The translations under genes were made by a program, and so were the position numbers. The notes below the pieces were generated by a model, which searched no databases, was not told where the DNA came from, and was given only the letters and a program-made list of their open reading frames with translations. From the IMG/VR virus record IMGVR_UViG_3300045988_146884: DNA of 32,557 nucleotides, one strand, 5' to 3'. Positions 1 through 8,681 of this stretch are shown in pieces; the first letter of the stretch is position 1, and every line of letters begins with the position of its first letter. Origin of the DNA: a virus.

Positions 1-55
1 GGCGTGCACGGCTCCGCTATTGATGTTGAGCGCATGGTACTTGTCGTGCCTTCTG
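1..55. repeat. Terminal overlap, identical to 32503-32557 (circular-assembly overlap or terminal redundancy)
   Basis: The exact 55-nt string ggcgtgcacggctccgctattgatgttgagcgcatggtacttgtcgtgccttctg occurs at both window ends. Confidence 0.95.
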
Positions 56-459
56 CTCTTGCTGTTCAGGCGCGCGAGATTCTTGGCGCTAAGGAAATCC
101 GAACCAAGTCCGGCAACTCCGAGACTGTTTCCGCCAACTTCCTTTCATCGAACATCGACATCGCGGTTGTGCCTCAGCTCGCACAGCTGAACCCGGCTGT
201 CACCAAGAAGAACACTACCTGGTTCCTCCTGCCTGCTGCTGGTTCTGCTAACCCGGCTATCCAGCGTGCGACCCTTGTAGGGCATGAAACCCCAGACCTG
301 CGCATTAGCAATAACACTGGTATCTCTGTTACTGGTGCTAGTATTGATGCGCGTGAAGGTGGCTTCTCGGATGATACTATTGCTTACCGTGGTCGCCACG
401 TGACCGGTGCAGCTGCTGTGTTTGCACATGCAGCATACGCATCTGACGGCACCAAGTAA
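1..459 (+). CDS. Major capsid protein, C-terminal part (continues from 31891-32502 across the circular junction)
   Basis: The frame is continuous with the ORF that runs off the window end. It sits after scaffold and decoration-like genes and before head-tail connector genes. The joined product is about 356 aa, a typical size for an HK97-fold capsid protein. Confidence 0.85.
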   Translation, partial: GVHGSAIDVERMVLVVPSALAVQAREILGAKEIRTKSGNSETVSANFLSSNIDIAVVPQLAQLNPAVTKKNTTWFLLPAAGSANPAIQRATLVGHETPDLRISNNTGISVTGASIDAREGGFSDDTIAYRGRHVTGAAAVFAHAAYASDGTK

Positions 460-483
460 GCTATACTGAGAGGGTGAGGCTCT

Positions 484-876
484 ATGTCTCTAACAGCAGA
501 AGATATTTACACGATCCGCCTACTGGTAAACGATTTACCGAGCGATGATAAACAGGTTCACGATCATGAATGTATTTTCTCTGACAGAGACATAGAGCTT
601 CTTGCGTCTCTAGAGCCTGCTAGTGTTGCGGCTGTTACTGTTCGTCATGTTGCGGCTCGCCTGTTGCGGCGTATGGCGACAGATGAAAACCTGCTATCCA
701 AGAAAATCACGACACAAGACCTTTCTGTGGATGGTGTCGCTGTGGCGGCTGAGTTGCGGGCACAGGCTGACGCACTAGATGCTGAGGCTACCCGTATCCA
801 TGAAGAAGGTGACCCTATGCTGGGCGCATGGTTTGAGCCGATGGGAGAGTGCCGCTATGGCTCACTATACCTCTAG
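484..876 (+). CDS. Head-tail connector/adaptor protein (gp6-like), 130 aa
   Basis: ATG ORF immediately after the capsid gene. Size and synteny fit a head-tail adaptor. Not recognised at motif level. Confidence 0.5.
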   Translation: MSLTAEDIYTIRLLVNDLPSDDKQVHDHECIFSDRDIELLASLEPASVAAVTVRHVAARLLRRMATDENLLSKKITTQDLSVDGVAVAAELRAQADALDAEATRIHEEGDPMLGAWFEPMGECRYGSLYL

Positions 877-1300
877 GCAGCGTGTGGTACCGCGTGATTG
901 GTCGCTGCGGCTCGCTCCTGTTGTTGAGCAGGGTATGACGGCCATGGTTGATGTGCTCGCACCTGCTGCCGTGAACCCCAAAGCACCGTTGGCTGGTGTG
1001 GTTGAGCGGCGCGTGTTTACGGATGTGACTTGCCGTATCCAGGAGTTGAACAGGTACGCGGATAATGTTACCGGTTCGGTTCAGGACGCGGCTACACGTG
1101 ATTATCTGGTTCAGATGCCGTTGCGTATGTGGGATCTTCACGCTGGCCTGCGTAATCATGTGCTGGTTGTGACTGCGTCTAATATTCCTGGCATGCATGG
1201 TAAGCGTTTCACTGTGAAGCAGGTCATGGCTGGTTCGCTGCTTGGGTCTATTGACCTTATCTGTGGTGAGATGCAGAACCAGAGAGCAGGCGCGAAATGA
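857..1300 (+). CDS. Head closure / head-tail joining protein, 147 aa
   Basis: ATG at 857 (MAHYTSRQ...) preceded by gggagag. The upstream part of track ORF 779.. overlaps the previous gene and is probably not translated. Called on synteny. Confidence 0.5.
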   Translation: MAHYTSRQRVVPRDWSLRLAPVVEQGMTAMVDVLAPAAVNPKAPLAGVVERRVFTDVTCRIQELNRYADNVTGSVQDAATRDYLVQMPLRMWDLHAGLRNHVLVVTASNIPGMHGKRFTVKQVMAGSLLGSIDLICGEMQNQRAGAK

Positions 1301-1629
1301 TGCAGCAGGATTGGGAAGAGCTAAAAAATCTCGCCGTCACCTTTCAGGTTGCGGCGGCACACGATTTCTCCCCGCAGGTACTCGCAGCAGGTAAGATACT
1401 GCGCGACGAGGCGAAACGTCGTGCCCCCGTGCGCACTGGTTTTCTGCGGTCGAAAATAACCGCTAAGAAAGCTGGCAAGAACGGTGCAGATGTTATCTCC
1501 GCCGCACCATATGCAGCATATGTTGAGTACGGTACATCCAAGATGGCGCCGCGCTCGCACATGCGCCCTGCTATTGAAGCGACTATGGACGACATGGTGG
1601 CTGCTGTTATTGAGGGAGTAGAGCTGTGA
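1297..1629 (+). CDS. HK97 gp10-family neck/tail-completion protein, 110 aa
   Basis: ATGA overlap with the previous gene. Carries the characteristic motif RAPVRTGFLRSKI...YAAYVEYGTSKMAPRSHMRPA. Confidence 0.8.
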   Translation: MMQQDWEELKNLAVTFQVAAAHDFSPQVLAAGKILRDEAKRRAPVRTGFLRSKITAKKAGKNGADVISAAPYAAYVEYGTSKMAPRSHMRPAIEATMDDMVAAVIEGVEL

Positions 1630-2057
1630 CTGTCACGATTGAGCTTGCTGAGGCTATCGAGCACGCACTGTCTGGGATAGAGAACGTTTCCGTGTTCCAG
1701 GGTTTTGTGCCTGAGTCTGTGCCAGAGTACTTACCTAATCACATCAAGCCGTATGTGGCTATTTTTATGGGGGTAGGCGCAGGTTATGAGGACATGGTAG
1801 GGCTGTGCGGTACACCTGATATTGATTCGTTGACTGTCGATTTCACGGTGACCTGTGTAGCACAGACCACGCACGAGCTGTACGCTCTCACCGATGCTGT
1901 GCGTGATCGGCTCGCAACCACAAAGATCATAGGCGACAGCTACGCTAATCTGGACTGGGCGCAAGCACAGGGGCAGGTCATGCTAACCGATTCAGAGGTT
2001 ACACCTGCACGCCTGTACACCCCATTGACGTACACTATTACCATACCTAGGGGGTAA
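1626..2057 (+). CDS. Tail terminator-like protein, 143 aa
   Basis: GTG start overlaps the previous stop (GTGA). It is the last neck gene before the major tail protein. Called on synteny only. Confidence 0.45.
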   Translation: MTVTIELAEAIEHALSGIENVSVFQGFVPESVPEYLPNHIKPYVAIFMGVGAGYEDMVGLCGTPDIDSLTVDFTVTCVAQTTHELYALTDAVRDRLATTKIIGDSYANLDWAQAQGQVMLTDSEVTPARLYTPLTYTITIPRG

Positions 2058-2224
2058 TGTTGGATAATTTTATGTGGCTAGTGCACCCCGAGACGCGCCG
2101 TCTCGCATATGTGCCAGCCAGCTACATTGACCTATTTGGTTTTGAGGTGCCGCCGTCACAGCGCGAGCAGGAACCAACTGAGCCAGTAGAATACACCTAC
2201 ACTGTCGAGTCTGAGGAGGACTAA
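2057..2224 (+). CDS. Small hypothetical protein, 55 aa (below the ORF-track length cut-off)
   Basis: ATG at 2057 is coupled to the upstream stop (TAATG). An in-frame ATG also lies at 2072. The ORF ends one nt before the major tail gene and fills the gap exactly. Its 3' end carries the GAGGAGGA Shine-Dalgarno (SD) sequence of the next gene. Confidence 0.35.
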   Translation: MLDNFMWLVHPETRRLAYVPASYIDLFGFEVPPSQREQEPTEPVEYTYTVESEED

Positions 2225-2225
2225 C

Positions 2226-2780
2226 ATGGCTGATTCTTCGCCGGGACGCACCTACGCGGGTGCTAAACTGAAACTGATGCTCATTCCTATGGGCGGTGTC
2301 GTATCCATGGATAAGCCCAAAGTGGCTGAGCTGAACGCGACTACCGCACTCGACATTTCGTGTGCGGCTATCAAGTCTCAAACCAAGATCGGGTCTACCG
2401 ACTCCGAGACTATTGACGGCATGGCTGCGGTCTGTGAAGACACCAACGCGAAAGCATGGGGTCAGTCCAACGCTGAAGTCGAGCTTGCTATCTTCCGTTA
2501 CTTCCAGGAAGGCGCTAACGGCGGCAAGTTCGACCCTGTGCGTGACAAGATTTTCCAGATGCTCAAGAACAAGGGCACCGAGGCGTATGTTGTCACCCGC
2601 CACACGAACAAGCCGTACTATGAGCCTTTCGCGGAAGGCGACGAAATCAGCATCTACGCATGCTCTTTCGATCAGCCGCACCCTGTGAACGAGGCGGCAG
2701 ACCGCACGTCCGGTTATATCCGCACTATTCACAAGTGCCAGGTCACTGGTTTCCGTGAGTTCATTTCTGTGGTAGCATAG
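2226..2780 (+). CDS. Major tail protein, 184 aa
   Basis: Strong SD GAGGAGGA 5 nt upstream. It sits directly before the chaperone pair and tape measure and is followed by a strong intrinsic terminator, as expected for a highly expressed tail tube gene. Confidence 0.7.
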   Translation: MADSSPGRTYAGAKLKLMLIPMGGVVSMDKPKVAELNATTALDISCAAIKSQTKIGSTDSETIDGMAAVCEDTNAKAWGQSNAEVELAIFRYFQEGANGGKFDPVRDKIFQMLKNKGTEAYVVTRHTNKPYYEPFAEGDEISIYACSFDQPHPVNEAADRTSGYIRTIHKCQVTGFREFISVVA

Positions 2781-2808
2781 TAATGTGTCTTGAGTGAGTG
2801 AGTGATAC

Positions 2809-2860
2809 AATATTGGGTGTCTCCCCTATGGTGGTTGTGGGAGGCACCCAATATTTTTTT
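2809..2860 (+). terminator. Rho-independent terminator after the major tail gene
   Basis: A 17-bp stem (AATATTGGGTGTCTCCC at 2809-2825 paired with GGGAGGCACCCAATATT at 2839-2855, one G.U pair) is followed by a T7 run. Confidence 0.85.
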
Positions 2861-2893
2861 ACCCATCACACCACCTGATAGGGAGAATACATA

Positions 2894-3451
2894 ATGGCTA
2901 AGAACACTGCTGCTGAGAATACTTTTAATCTTTCCGAGTGGCTGTCTGGCGCAGACCAGTACAAGCTTCACCGCGAAACCCTGCTGCTTTTGAATCCTGA
3001 TGATGTGGCAGATTTGGCAAATGTTGAAGAGCAGATCGAAAAGCTAGAGGCGTTGCGCGCCGAGGGTGAGAGCGACGACATGGAGACTGTCGCCTCAGAA
3101 TCACTCGACGGTGAGCTTGCCGCGCTGTATGAGCAGGTAGAAGAAATTACTGCTAACGCGAAGACCGCCACTTTCCGCACCCGTGTGCTCAACGATGCAG
3201 AACTGAAGGATATTAACAAGGCTTGGAAGCAAGACACGGGCAAAGACGAAGTTGATACCGAGGATTTGACTTGGTGGGCGCGCGTATTCCAGCTCACCGC
3301 AACCCTCGAAGGGCAGTCACTCGCGGCATCCCAGTGGCTGAAACTTGCTGACACGCTCGGCGGTCAGTTTGTGAAATGCCTATCGACCTATGGCGAAGCA
3401 CGCGCAGCAGAAGCCACCTTAGAGGTGTCGCCCCGATTTCGTCGCCGATAA
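2894..3451 (+). CDS. Tail assembly chaperone (G-like), 185 aa
   Basis: Acidic ORF between the major tail protein and the tape measure, the canonical position. SD agggag lies upstream. Confidence 0.7.
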   Translation: MAKNTAAENTFNLSEWLSGADQYKLHRETLLLLNPDDVADLANVEEQIEKLEALRAEGESDDMETVASESLDGELAALYEQVEEITANAKTATFRTRVLNDAELKDINKAWKQDTGKDEVDTEDLTWWARVFQLTATLEGQSLAASQWLKLADTLGGQFVKCLSTYGEARAAEATLEVSPRFRRR

Positions 3452-3851
3452 ACTCACAGAAGAAGAAAACGCGGGCGCTGTACTCGTAATGCGTGCAGCC
3501 GCCCGCTGGGGCAAACCCCCCGGTGCGATGCTGTTAGGCGACAGCACACGCGACTGGACAGACCGCGACATGACAGCCGCCCTAGGGTGGGAAATCTACC
3601 AAGCAGAACTATGTCCTGAATGCGGCAACCCGCGTAAGAAATGCCGTGAAGGACATACCCAGTTCGAGGTAGAAACCTACACCTGCAAGGCAAAGGAAGC
3701 TGTCGAGCAAATCACTCAGCGCGAAGACTACAAGCCGCGTCCTGGTGATATTCTGGTTCCGGAGCCATACGACGCGACAGAAGACCCAGCATACGCAGAC
3801 CTAATAGAGTGGCAGCAACAGCTAGCCGCTGAAGAAGCACAGGAGAACTAG
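3435..3851 (+). CDS. Tail assembly chaperone extension (T-like), probably made as a G-T fusion by a +1 frameshift. Alternatively an independent ORF from ATG 3489.
   Basis: The +1 frame is open from 3423 to 3851 and ends 1 nt before the tape measure ATG. No SD precedes ATG 3489. The -1 frame closes at 3489. A candidate slip site CCC_CGA lies at 3431-3436. Confidence 0.55.
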   Translation, partial: DFVADKLTEEENAGAVLVMRAAARWGKPPGAMLLGDSTRDWTDRDMTAALGWEIYQAELCPECGNPRKKCREGHTQFEVETYTCKAKEAVEQITQREDYKPRPGDILVPEPYDATEDPAYADLIEWQQQLAAEEAQEN

Positions 3852-3852
3852 C

Positions 3853-6800
3853 ATGGCACGAACCGGCGGCTCACGATCACGCGGAGGAAGCTCAAACACA
3901 GCCCAAACCGTAACCATCCAGCTACGAGCAGACACCAAAAACTTCGTAGCAGGCGTGACCGCCGCCGCCAACAGCGCTAGGAACGCAGCCAATCAGGCTG
4001 CACGCGAAACAGCAAAAGCAACAGCCAACGCAGCCAAAGCCGCACAAGCCGAAGCCACCAAAGGCACCGCACAATCAGCCGCAGCCGCAGCACGCGAAGC
4101 AGGACGAGCCGCAGCCGCAGCCGCATCCACCGCAGCACGCGAACGCGTAGGCGTAATCAGCGGCATGACCCGAGCAGAAAAAGCCGCATACCGTGAAGCC
4201 GCAGAAGCCGCAAAAGCCAGCGCCGGCAGTATTACCGGTGTAATGCAGAACGCATCACGTACCGCTAGTGTTGGGTGGCGTGACTATGCTAGTGCTGTGA
4301 AGTCTTCTGTGTCTTCTGCCGCGTCTGCTGCTGGCAATGCGTTCAGGAACAGCAACTTTGGTTCTGCTGTGATGTATAACTCGTTTACTACGGGTATTCG
4401 TTCTGCGTTCTCTAGCGCTAAGGACTCTGTGACTGGTGCATTTGGGGCTATGGCGGATCGTGGGCGGGCTATGGTTTCTAGTGTTGGCGGGTATTTCCGT
4501 GACCTTGGGAATGAGGCGCGCACTCTCGCGAAGAATATTCTGTCAAACCGTGACGCACTGGATCATATTTCGACTGGTGCGGCGCTTGGTGGTGCGGCTC
4601 TTACGGCTGGTTTCGCATATGCAGTGAAGCAGTACGCCGATTTCGATAAGGCTATGTCGCAGGTGCAGGCGGCTACGCATGAGACTGCTGGGAATATGAA
4701 TAAGCTGCGTGAAGCGGCTATGAAGGCTGGCGCGGACACTAAGTACTCTGGCTCTGAGGCGGCTAATGGCATTGAGGAGCTTGCTAAAGCGGGTGTCGAG
4801 ACTAAGGACATTCTCTCTGGTGGTCTTGACGGCGCGCTGGCACTCGCGGCTGCCGGTAACATTGAGGTTGGGGAGGCTGCGGAACTTGCGGCTACCGCTA
4901 TGACTCAGTTCGGGTTGAAGGGCTCGGATATTGGGCATGTGGCTGACCTTTTGGCGGCTGGCGCTGGTAAGGCTCAAGGTAGTGTTGGTGATCTTGGGTA
5001 TGCTCTGAAGCAGTCTGGTCTTGTTGCCGCGCAAACAGGATTGTCGATTGAAGAGACTACTGGTACCCTTGCCGCGTTCGCGTCTGCTGGCTTGGTCGGC
5101 TCGGATGCTGGCACCTCATTCAAGGTCATGCTACAGAAGCTACAGAACCCGTCTAAAGAGGCTGCCGGCCTTATGAATGAGTACGGCATCTCGCTTTATG
5201 ATGCTGAGGGTAAGTTCAAGGGCATTACCGCTGTCGCTGGCGATTTGAAGCGCGGGTTGCAGAACCTTACCCCTGCTCAGCGTGATGCTGCGCTCGCTAC
5301 TATCTTTGGTTCTGATGCTGTGCGTGCAGCTAACGTACTCTACACTCAAGGGCAGGAAGGTATTCAGGGCTGGATCGACAAGACTAATGACGCGGGCTAT
5401 GCTGCGTCTACGGCGGCTATCCAGCAGAACAACCTAGCTGGCGATATTGAGAAGCTTGGTGGCGCGATTGACACTATCATTCTCAGCTCTTCCGGTGGTT
5501 TGTCTGATTTCTTCCGTGGACTTGTGCAGATGGCGACAGGTCTACTTGATTTCATGGGTAAGCTGCCACCGTCATTCCTGGCTGTGAATCTTACCGTGGT
5601 TGGTCTCACAGGTGTTGCTCTGCTTGGTGTCGCTGCCGCAGCTAAATTCATCACCGCGTACCAGACCATGCGCGCCACTCTCGCTTCTTTCTCAGTGTCA
5701 GCGCGTACTGCATCAGCATCTACACGAGAGCTTGCTGCATCAACCGAAGGTGCTGCTGCCGCCGCGTCCGGTTCAAAGCTTGGCAAGCTCGGCGCAACAC
5801 TCGGAAAGATCGCTGGTACCGCCGCGCTAGCAGCCGAGGGTATCGTACTATTCGTTAGCGCGGCGAACACTGAGTACAAAGCGCCATCACTCGATAGCAT
5901 GAACGCCGCACTGAAAGGAACTGGCGGCAACCTAGACCAGGTAAACCAGAAATTCAAAGACATGAGCGGAAAAGCCACCTGGGCTTTCCTCGGGTTGGAA
6001 GACCAGGTACCCAAGGTGAACGGCCTGGGTGAAGCACTTGTTAAGCTAAAAGCTGATTCTGGTGACGCGCTGGAAGGCTTCTCTCAATGGGTCTCGCACA
6101 CGGCGGGCGCTAAGGTTGGTGCTGACGCGCTCAAGGAAGCTGTTTCTAACCTTGACGAGTCATTGGGGAGCCTATACGCAGAGAACCGTGGTGAAGCCGA
6201 AAAGTTCTTCCAGTCGATTGTTCGTGAAACTGATGCTGCGTCCGAAGCTCAGGGGCGCGCAAAGTACACGGCTCAGGAGTACATGCAGGCATTCCCGAAG
6301 CTGAAAGAAGCCGTCGAGAACTACGCTTCCTCCTTGAACGTGTCTCTGACTGATGAAGAGAAATACCAGGTCATGCTAGGCGAGTACCCTCCTAAGCTTG
6401 CTGATGCTACCCGCGCACATGACGAGTTGAAACATTCCCTTGAGGTTCAGAAGAACTCTCTGGATGAAGGCGCTGCGGCTATGCAGGGGCTTTCTGGTGA
6501 AGCCCAGGAAATGGCTAAGTTTGTTGAGGGTGCTGGGTCAGCGGTTGAAGACCTTGATAAGGGTCTGAAAATGCTCGGTGGCGGGTTTGCTGACTCGACT
6601 AAGAACATGGCTGACTACTACAAGTCTATGGACGATCTGAAAGACGCTATCAACAAGAATAGTGCTGCATGGGATGGACAGACCCGCACCTTCGACCAGA
6701 CCACGAAAGCGGGACAGAAGCTCAACGCGGCTTTCGTCGACATGGCACAGCAAGGTATTCAAGCTTCGTCTGCTGTTGCCCGTCAGGGTGGCGACTATGA

Positions 6801-7824
6801 GGCAGTGAAAACGCATATTCATGGTGTGATTGATACGTTGCGTCAGTCGGCATATCAAATGGGATTTACCTCTGAACAGGCTGATGACCTGGTGCGATCG
6901 ATCTATGCTATCCCGGATAGGGTGGATATTAACACGTGGGCGGATACTACGGCTGCGCGTGTTATGACTTCGTTGAATAATGATATTGAGCGGATGCCGC
7001 GTGAAGTGACTATCGGTACACAGGTGTTTGGTGTGGACGCGGCTACGGGTAAGCTCAAGTACCTGCATGAGGTAGGTCAAGAGACTAACGGTGAAGTGAA
7101 TATTACCGCTAACGCCAATACTGGGGAAGCTAGTGGTGCCCTATGGGATTTATGGAATAGAGCAATGAGTATCCCTGGGCAAGTTAATACTAACGCTAAT
7201 GCTAATACTGGGCAGGCTTTTGGGCAGTTAGGTGCTTTGGCGAATAAGGCTAATAGTGTTCCTGGTAGGGTTGATACGGTTGCTAATGCTCGGACGGGTG
7301 TCGCTAACAGTAACATCAATAACTACAAGTCAAACCTTGATAGCATTCCGCGCCAGAAGACGACTACGATCACCCAGATTTTTGAGCGGAAGATGGTTGA
7401 TTCTGTGAAGAAAACTCTGGGTCGTCGTGGCGGTTGGCGTGCGCATGGTGGCGCTGTCCCTGGTTTTGCGTCTGGTGGTCTTATCCCTGGGCGTGAGCCG
7501 CTATCTAGGTGGACGGATAATGTGCCTGCTGTTACTGATGCTGGTTCGCCGCTCATGGTGCGCTCTGGTGAGTTTATAGTGAACGCGGATGCGACACGTA
7601 AGCACCGTGGGCTTTTGGAGCGCATCAATTCGGGTGATTTTGTGCGTGGCTTCTCTGGCGGTGGTGCTGTCTCTGGTCGTCGCGAGTTTACCGCGCCTAC
7701 ACAAGCGCCTGACCTGTATAATCAGATAGTCGATGCACTGTCTAACTGGCGACCTATGGTGAATATTGATGGGCGACAGTTCTACGGCACGATGCGTTCA
7801 ACTACTTTGCAGGCACGGAGGTAA
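3853..7824 (+). CDS. Tape measure protein, 1323 aa
   Basis: Size and position fit. It has a TP901-type tape-measure core (..KYSGSEAANGIEELAKAGV..GDLGYALKQSG..AFASAGLVGSDAGTSFK..), a hydrophobic segment, and a C-terminal GGxxPGFASGG / VRSGEFIVNA motif. Confidence 0.95.
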   Translation: MARTGGSRSRGGSSNTAQTVTIQLRADTKNFVAGVTAAANSARNAANQAARETAKATANAAKAAQAEATKGTAQSAAAAAREAGRAAAAAASTAARERVGVISGMTRAEKAAYREAAEAAKASAGSITGVMQNASRTASVGWRDYASAVKSSVSSAASAAGNAFRNSNFGSAVMYNSFTTGIRSAFSSAKDSVTGAFGAMADRGRAMVSSVGGYFRDLGNEARTLAKNILSNRDALDHISTGAALGGAALTAGFAYAVKQYADFDKAMSQVQAATHETAGNMNKLREAAMKAGADTKYSGSEAANGIEELAKAGVETKDILSGGLDGALALAAAGNIEVGEAAELAATAMTQFGLKGSDIGHVADLLAAGAGKAQGSVGDLGYALKQSGLVAAQTGLSIEETTGTLAAFASAGLVGSDAGTSFKVMLQKLQNPSKEAAGLMNEYGISLYDAEGKFKGITAVAGDLKRGLQNLTPAQRDAALATIFGSDAVRAANVLYTQGQEGIQGWIDKTNDAGYAASTAAIQQNNLAGDIEKLGGAIDTIILSSSGGLSDFFRGLVQMATGLLDFMGKLPPSFLAVNLTVVGLTGVALLGVAAAAKFITAYQTMRATLASFSVSARTASASTRELAASTEGAAAAASGSKLGKLGATLGKIAGTAALAAEGIVLFVSAANTEYKAPSLDSMNAALKGTGGNLDQVNQKFKDMSGKATWAFLGLEDQVPKVNGLGEALVKLKADSGDALEGFSQWVSHTAGAKVGADALKEAVSNLDESLGSLYAENRGEAEKFFQSIVRETDAASEAQGRAKYTAQEYMQAFPKLKEAVENYASSLNVSLTDEEKYQVMLGEYPPKLADATRAHDELKHSLEVQKNSLDEGAAAMQGLSGEAQEMAKFVEGAGSAVEDLDKGLKMLGGGFADSTKNMADYYKSMDDLKDAINKNSAAWDGQTRTFDQTTKAGQKLNAAFVDMAQQGIQASSAVARQGGDYEAVKTHIHGVIDTLRQSAYQMGFTSEQADDLVRSIYAIPDRVDINTWADTTAARVMTSLNNDIERMPREVTIGTQVFGVDAATGKLKYLHEVGQETNGEVNITANANTGEASGALWDLWNRAMSIPGQVNTNANANTGQAFGQLGALANKANSVPGRVDTVANARTGVANSNINNYKSNLDSIPRQKTTTITQIFERKMVDSVKKTLGRRGGWRAHGGAVPGFASGGLIPGREPLSRWTDNVPAVTDAGSPLMVRSGEFIVNADATRKHRGLLERINSGDFVRGFSGGGAVSGRREFTAPTQAPDLYNQIVDALSNWRPMVNIDGRQFYGTMRSTTLQARR
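7099..7359 (+). repeat. Three tandem 87-nt (29-aa) repeats inside the tape measure gene
   Basis: The units are NITANANTGEASGALWDLWNRAMSIPGQV, NTNANANTGQAFGQLGALANKANSVPGRV and DTVANARTGVANSNINNYKSNLDSIPRQK. Confidence 0.8.
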
Positions 7825-7829
7825 GAGGA

Positions 7830-8681
7830 ATGGGTTCGTACCCTATGATGATTGGGCAGCAGGCTTCTTTTATGCAGGTGCGAGGCGGCTCTACTGAGCA
7901 GGTGAACTATTCATTTGCTAACCGTCAGGTGCAACAGTCCGCTACTGGTGCTCGCAGGTTTTCTTTCTATGGTCGCCCGCAGGCGTTGAAGGATTTTTCT
8001 GCTACGTTTCGTGTGGCTGGTCGTGAGCGTGAAAAGATAGAGATGATGCTCATGAATGCCACCTATAATGTGAACAACTTGAGCACGTACTACCCTCTAA
8101 CTATTTTCCCGGCTGGTGCGCAGGTTGAGAACCTGCTGACTGAGCGTGATTCTATGATGCTTCCTGCTAGCGTTGTGGGTAATGCTGTTCTTGCTGGCGG
8201 CACACGTGATGATAACGATAATACTGTGCATTACCGTGATTTGTACTCTGTCAAGTCTGAGCTGCGGATTGTAGATAAGCAGCCGATGCCTTTCGAGAAA
8301 GGGCAATATAATTTCAGCGCGGTAATGGGTCCTGGCTCTTCTATGAAGATTATTTGGGATACTGAGGGTGCTAGGACTATTGCTTACACTCTCACCTCTG
8401 CTGGTTCTGACGGCATTTACCCGCAGCGTAAGTCTATTTGGTTTGATCTACAGTACAACCCGATAAGTGTTTCTATCGTAGCCGTGAGTGGTGATGTAGG
8501 TTACCCTGCATTGACTACTGGTGCACCATTGAAGCCGTGGACACCTGGCAGGTGTATACAGAACGTTGCACTGACTGAGTTGTCTTCACAGAAGCTCCGC
8601 GGCATGCAAGGGCTGCCCCCGATCTATGAGTACCAGTGTAAATTTATTGAGGTCGGCGCTGGTAGAGGAAAGGTTGTGTAA
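7830..8681 (+). CDS. Distal tail protein (Dit-like), 283 aa
   Basis: First gene after the tape measure. Called on synteny only. Confidence 0.5.
   Translation: MGSYPMMIGQQASFMQVRGGSTEQVNYSFANRQVQQSATGARRFSFYGRPQALKDFSATFRVAGREREKIEMMLMNATYNVNNLSTYYPLTIFPAGAQVENLLTERDSMMLPASVVGNAVLAGGTRDDNDNTVHYRDLYSVKSELRIVDKQPMPFEKGQYNFSAVMGPGSSMKIIWDTEGARTIAYTLTSAGSDGIYPQRKSIWFDLQYNPISVSIVAVSGDVGYPALTTGAPLKPWTPGRCIQNVALTELSSQKLRGMQGLPPIYEYQCKFIEVGAGRGKVV

Noticed and set aside
2070-2810. A 246-aa minus-strand ORF opposite the major tail gene
   Set aside because: It overlaps a well-supported + strand gene with a strong SD and terminator. It would be the only leftward gene inside the late operon and would run through the terminator stem.
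3421-3489. A canonical -1 frameshift for the tail chaperone pair
   Set aside because: The -1 frame hits a stop at 3487-3489 and adds only about 20 codons. No XXXYYYZ heptamer lies in the overlap. Only the +1 frame reaches the tape measure start.
7099-7359. Tandem repeats as a possible CRISPR array or satellite
   Set aside because: The repeats are in frame within the tape measure ORF, are imperfect, and have no spacer architecture. No CRISPR-like repeat-spacer pattern was seen anywhere in the window.
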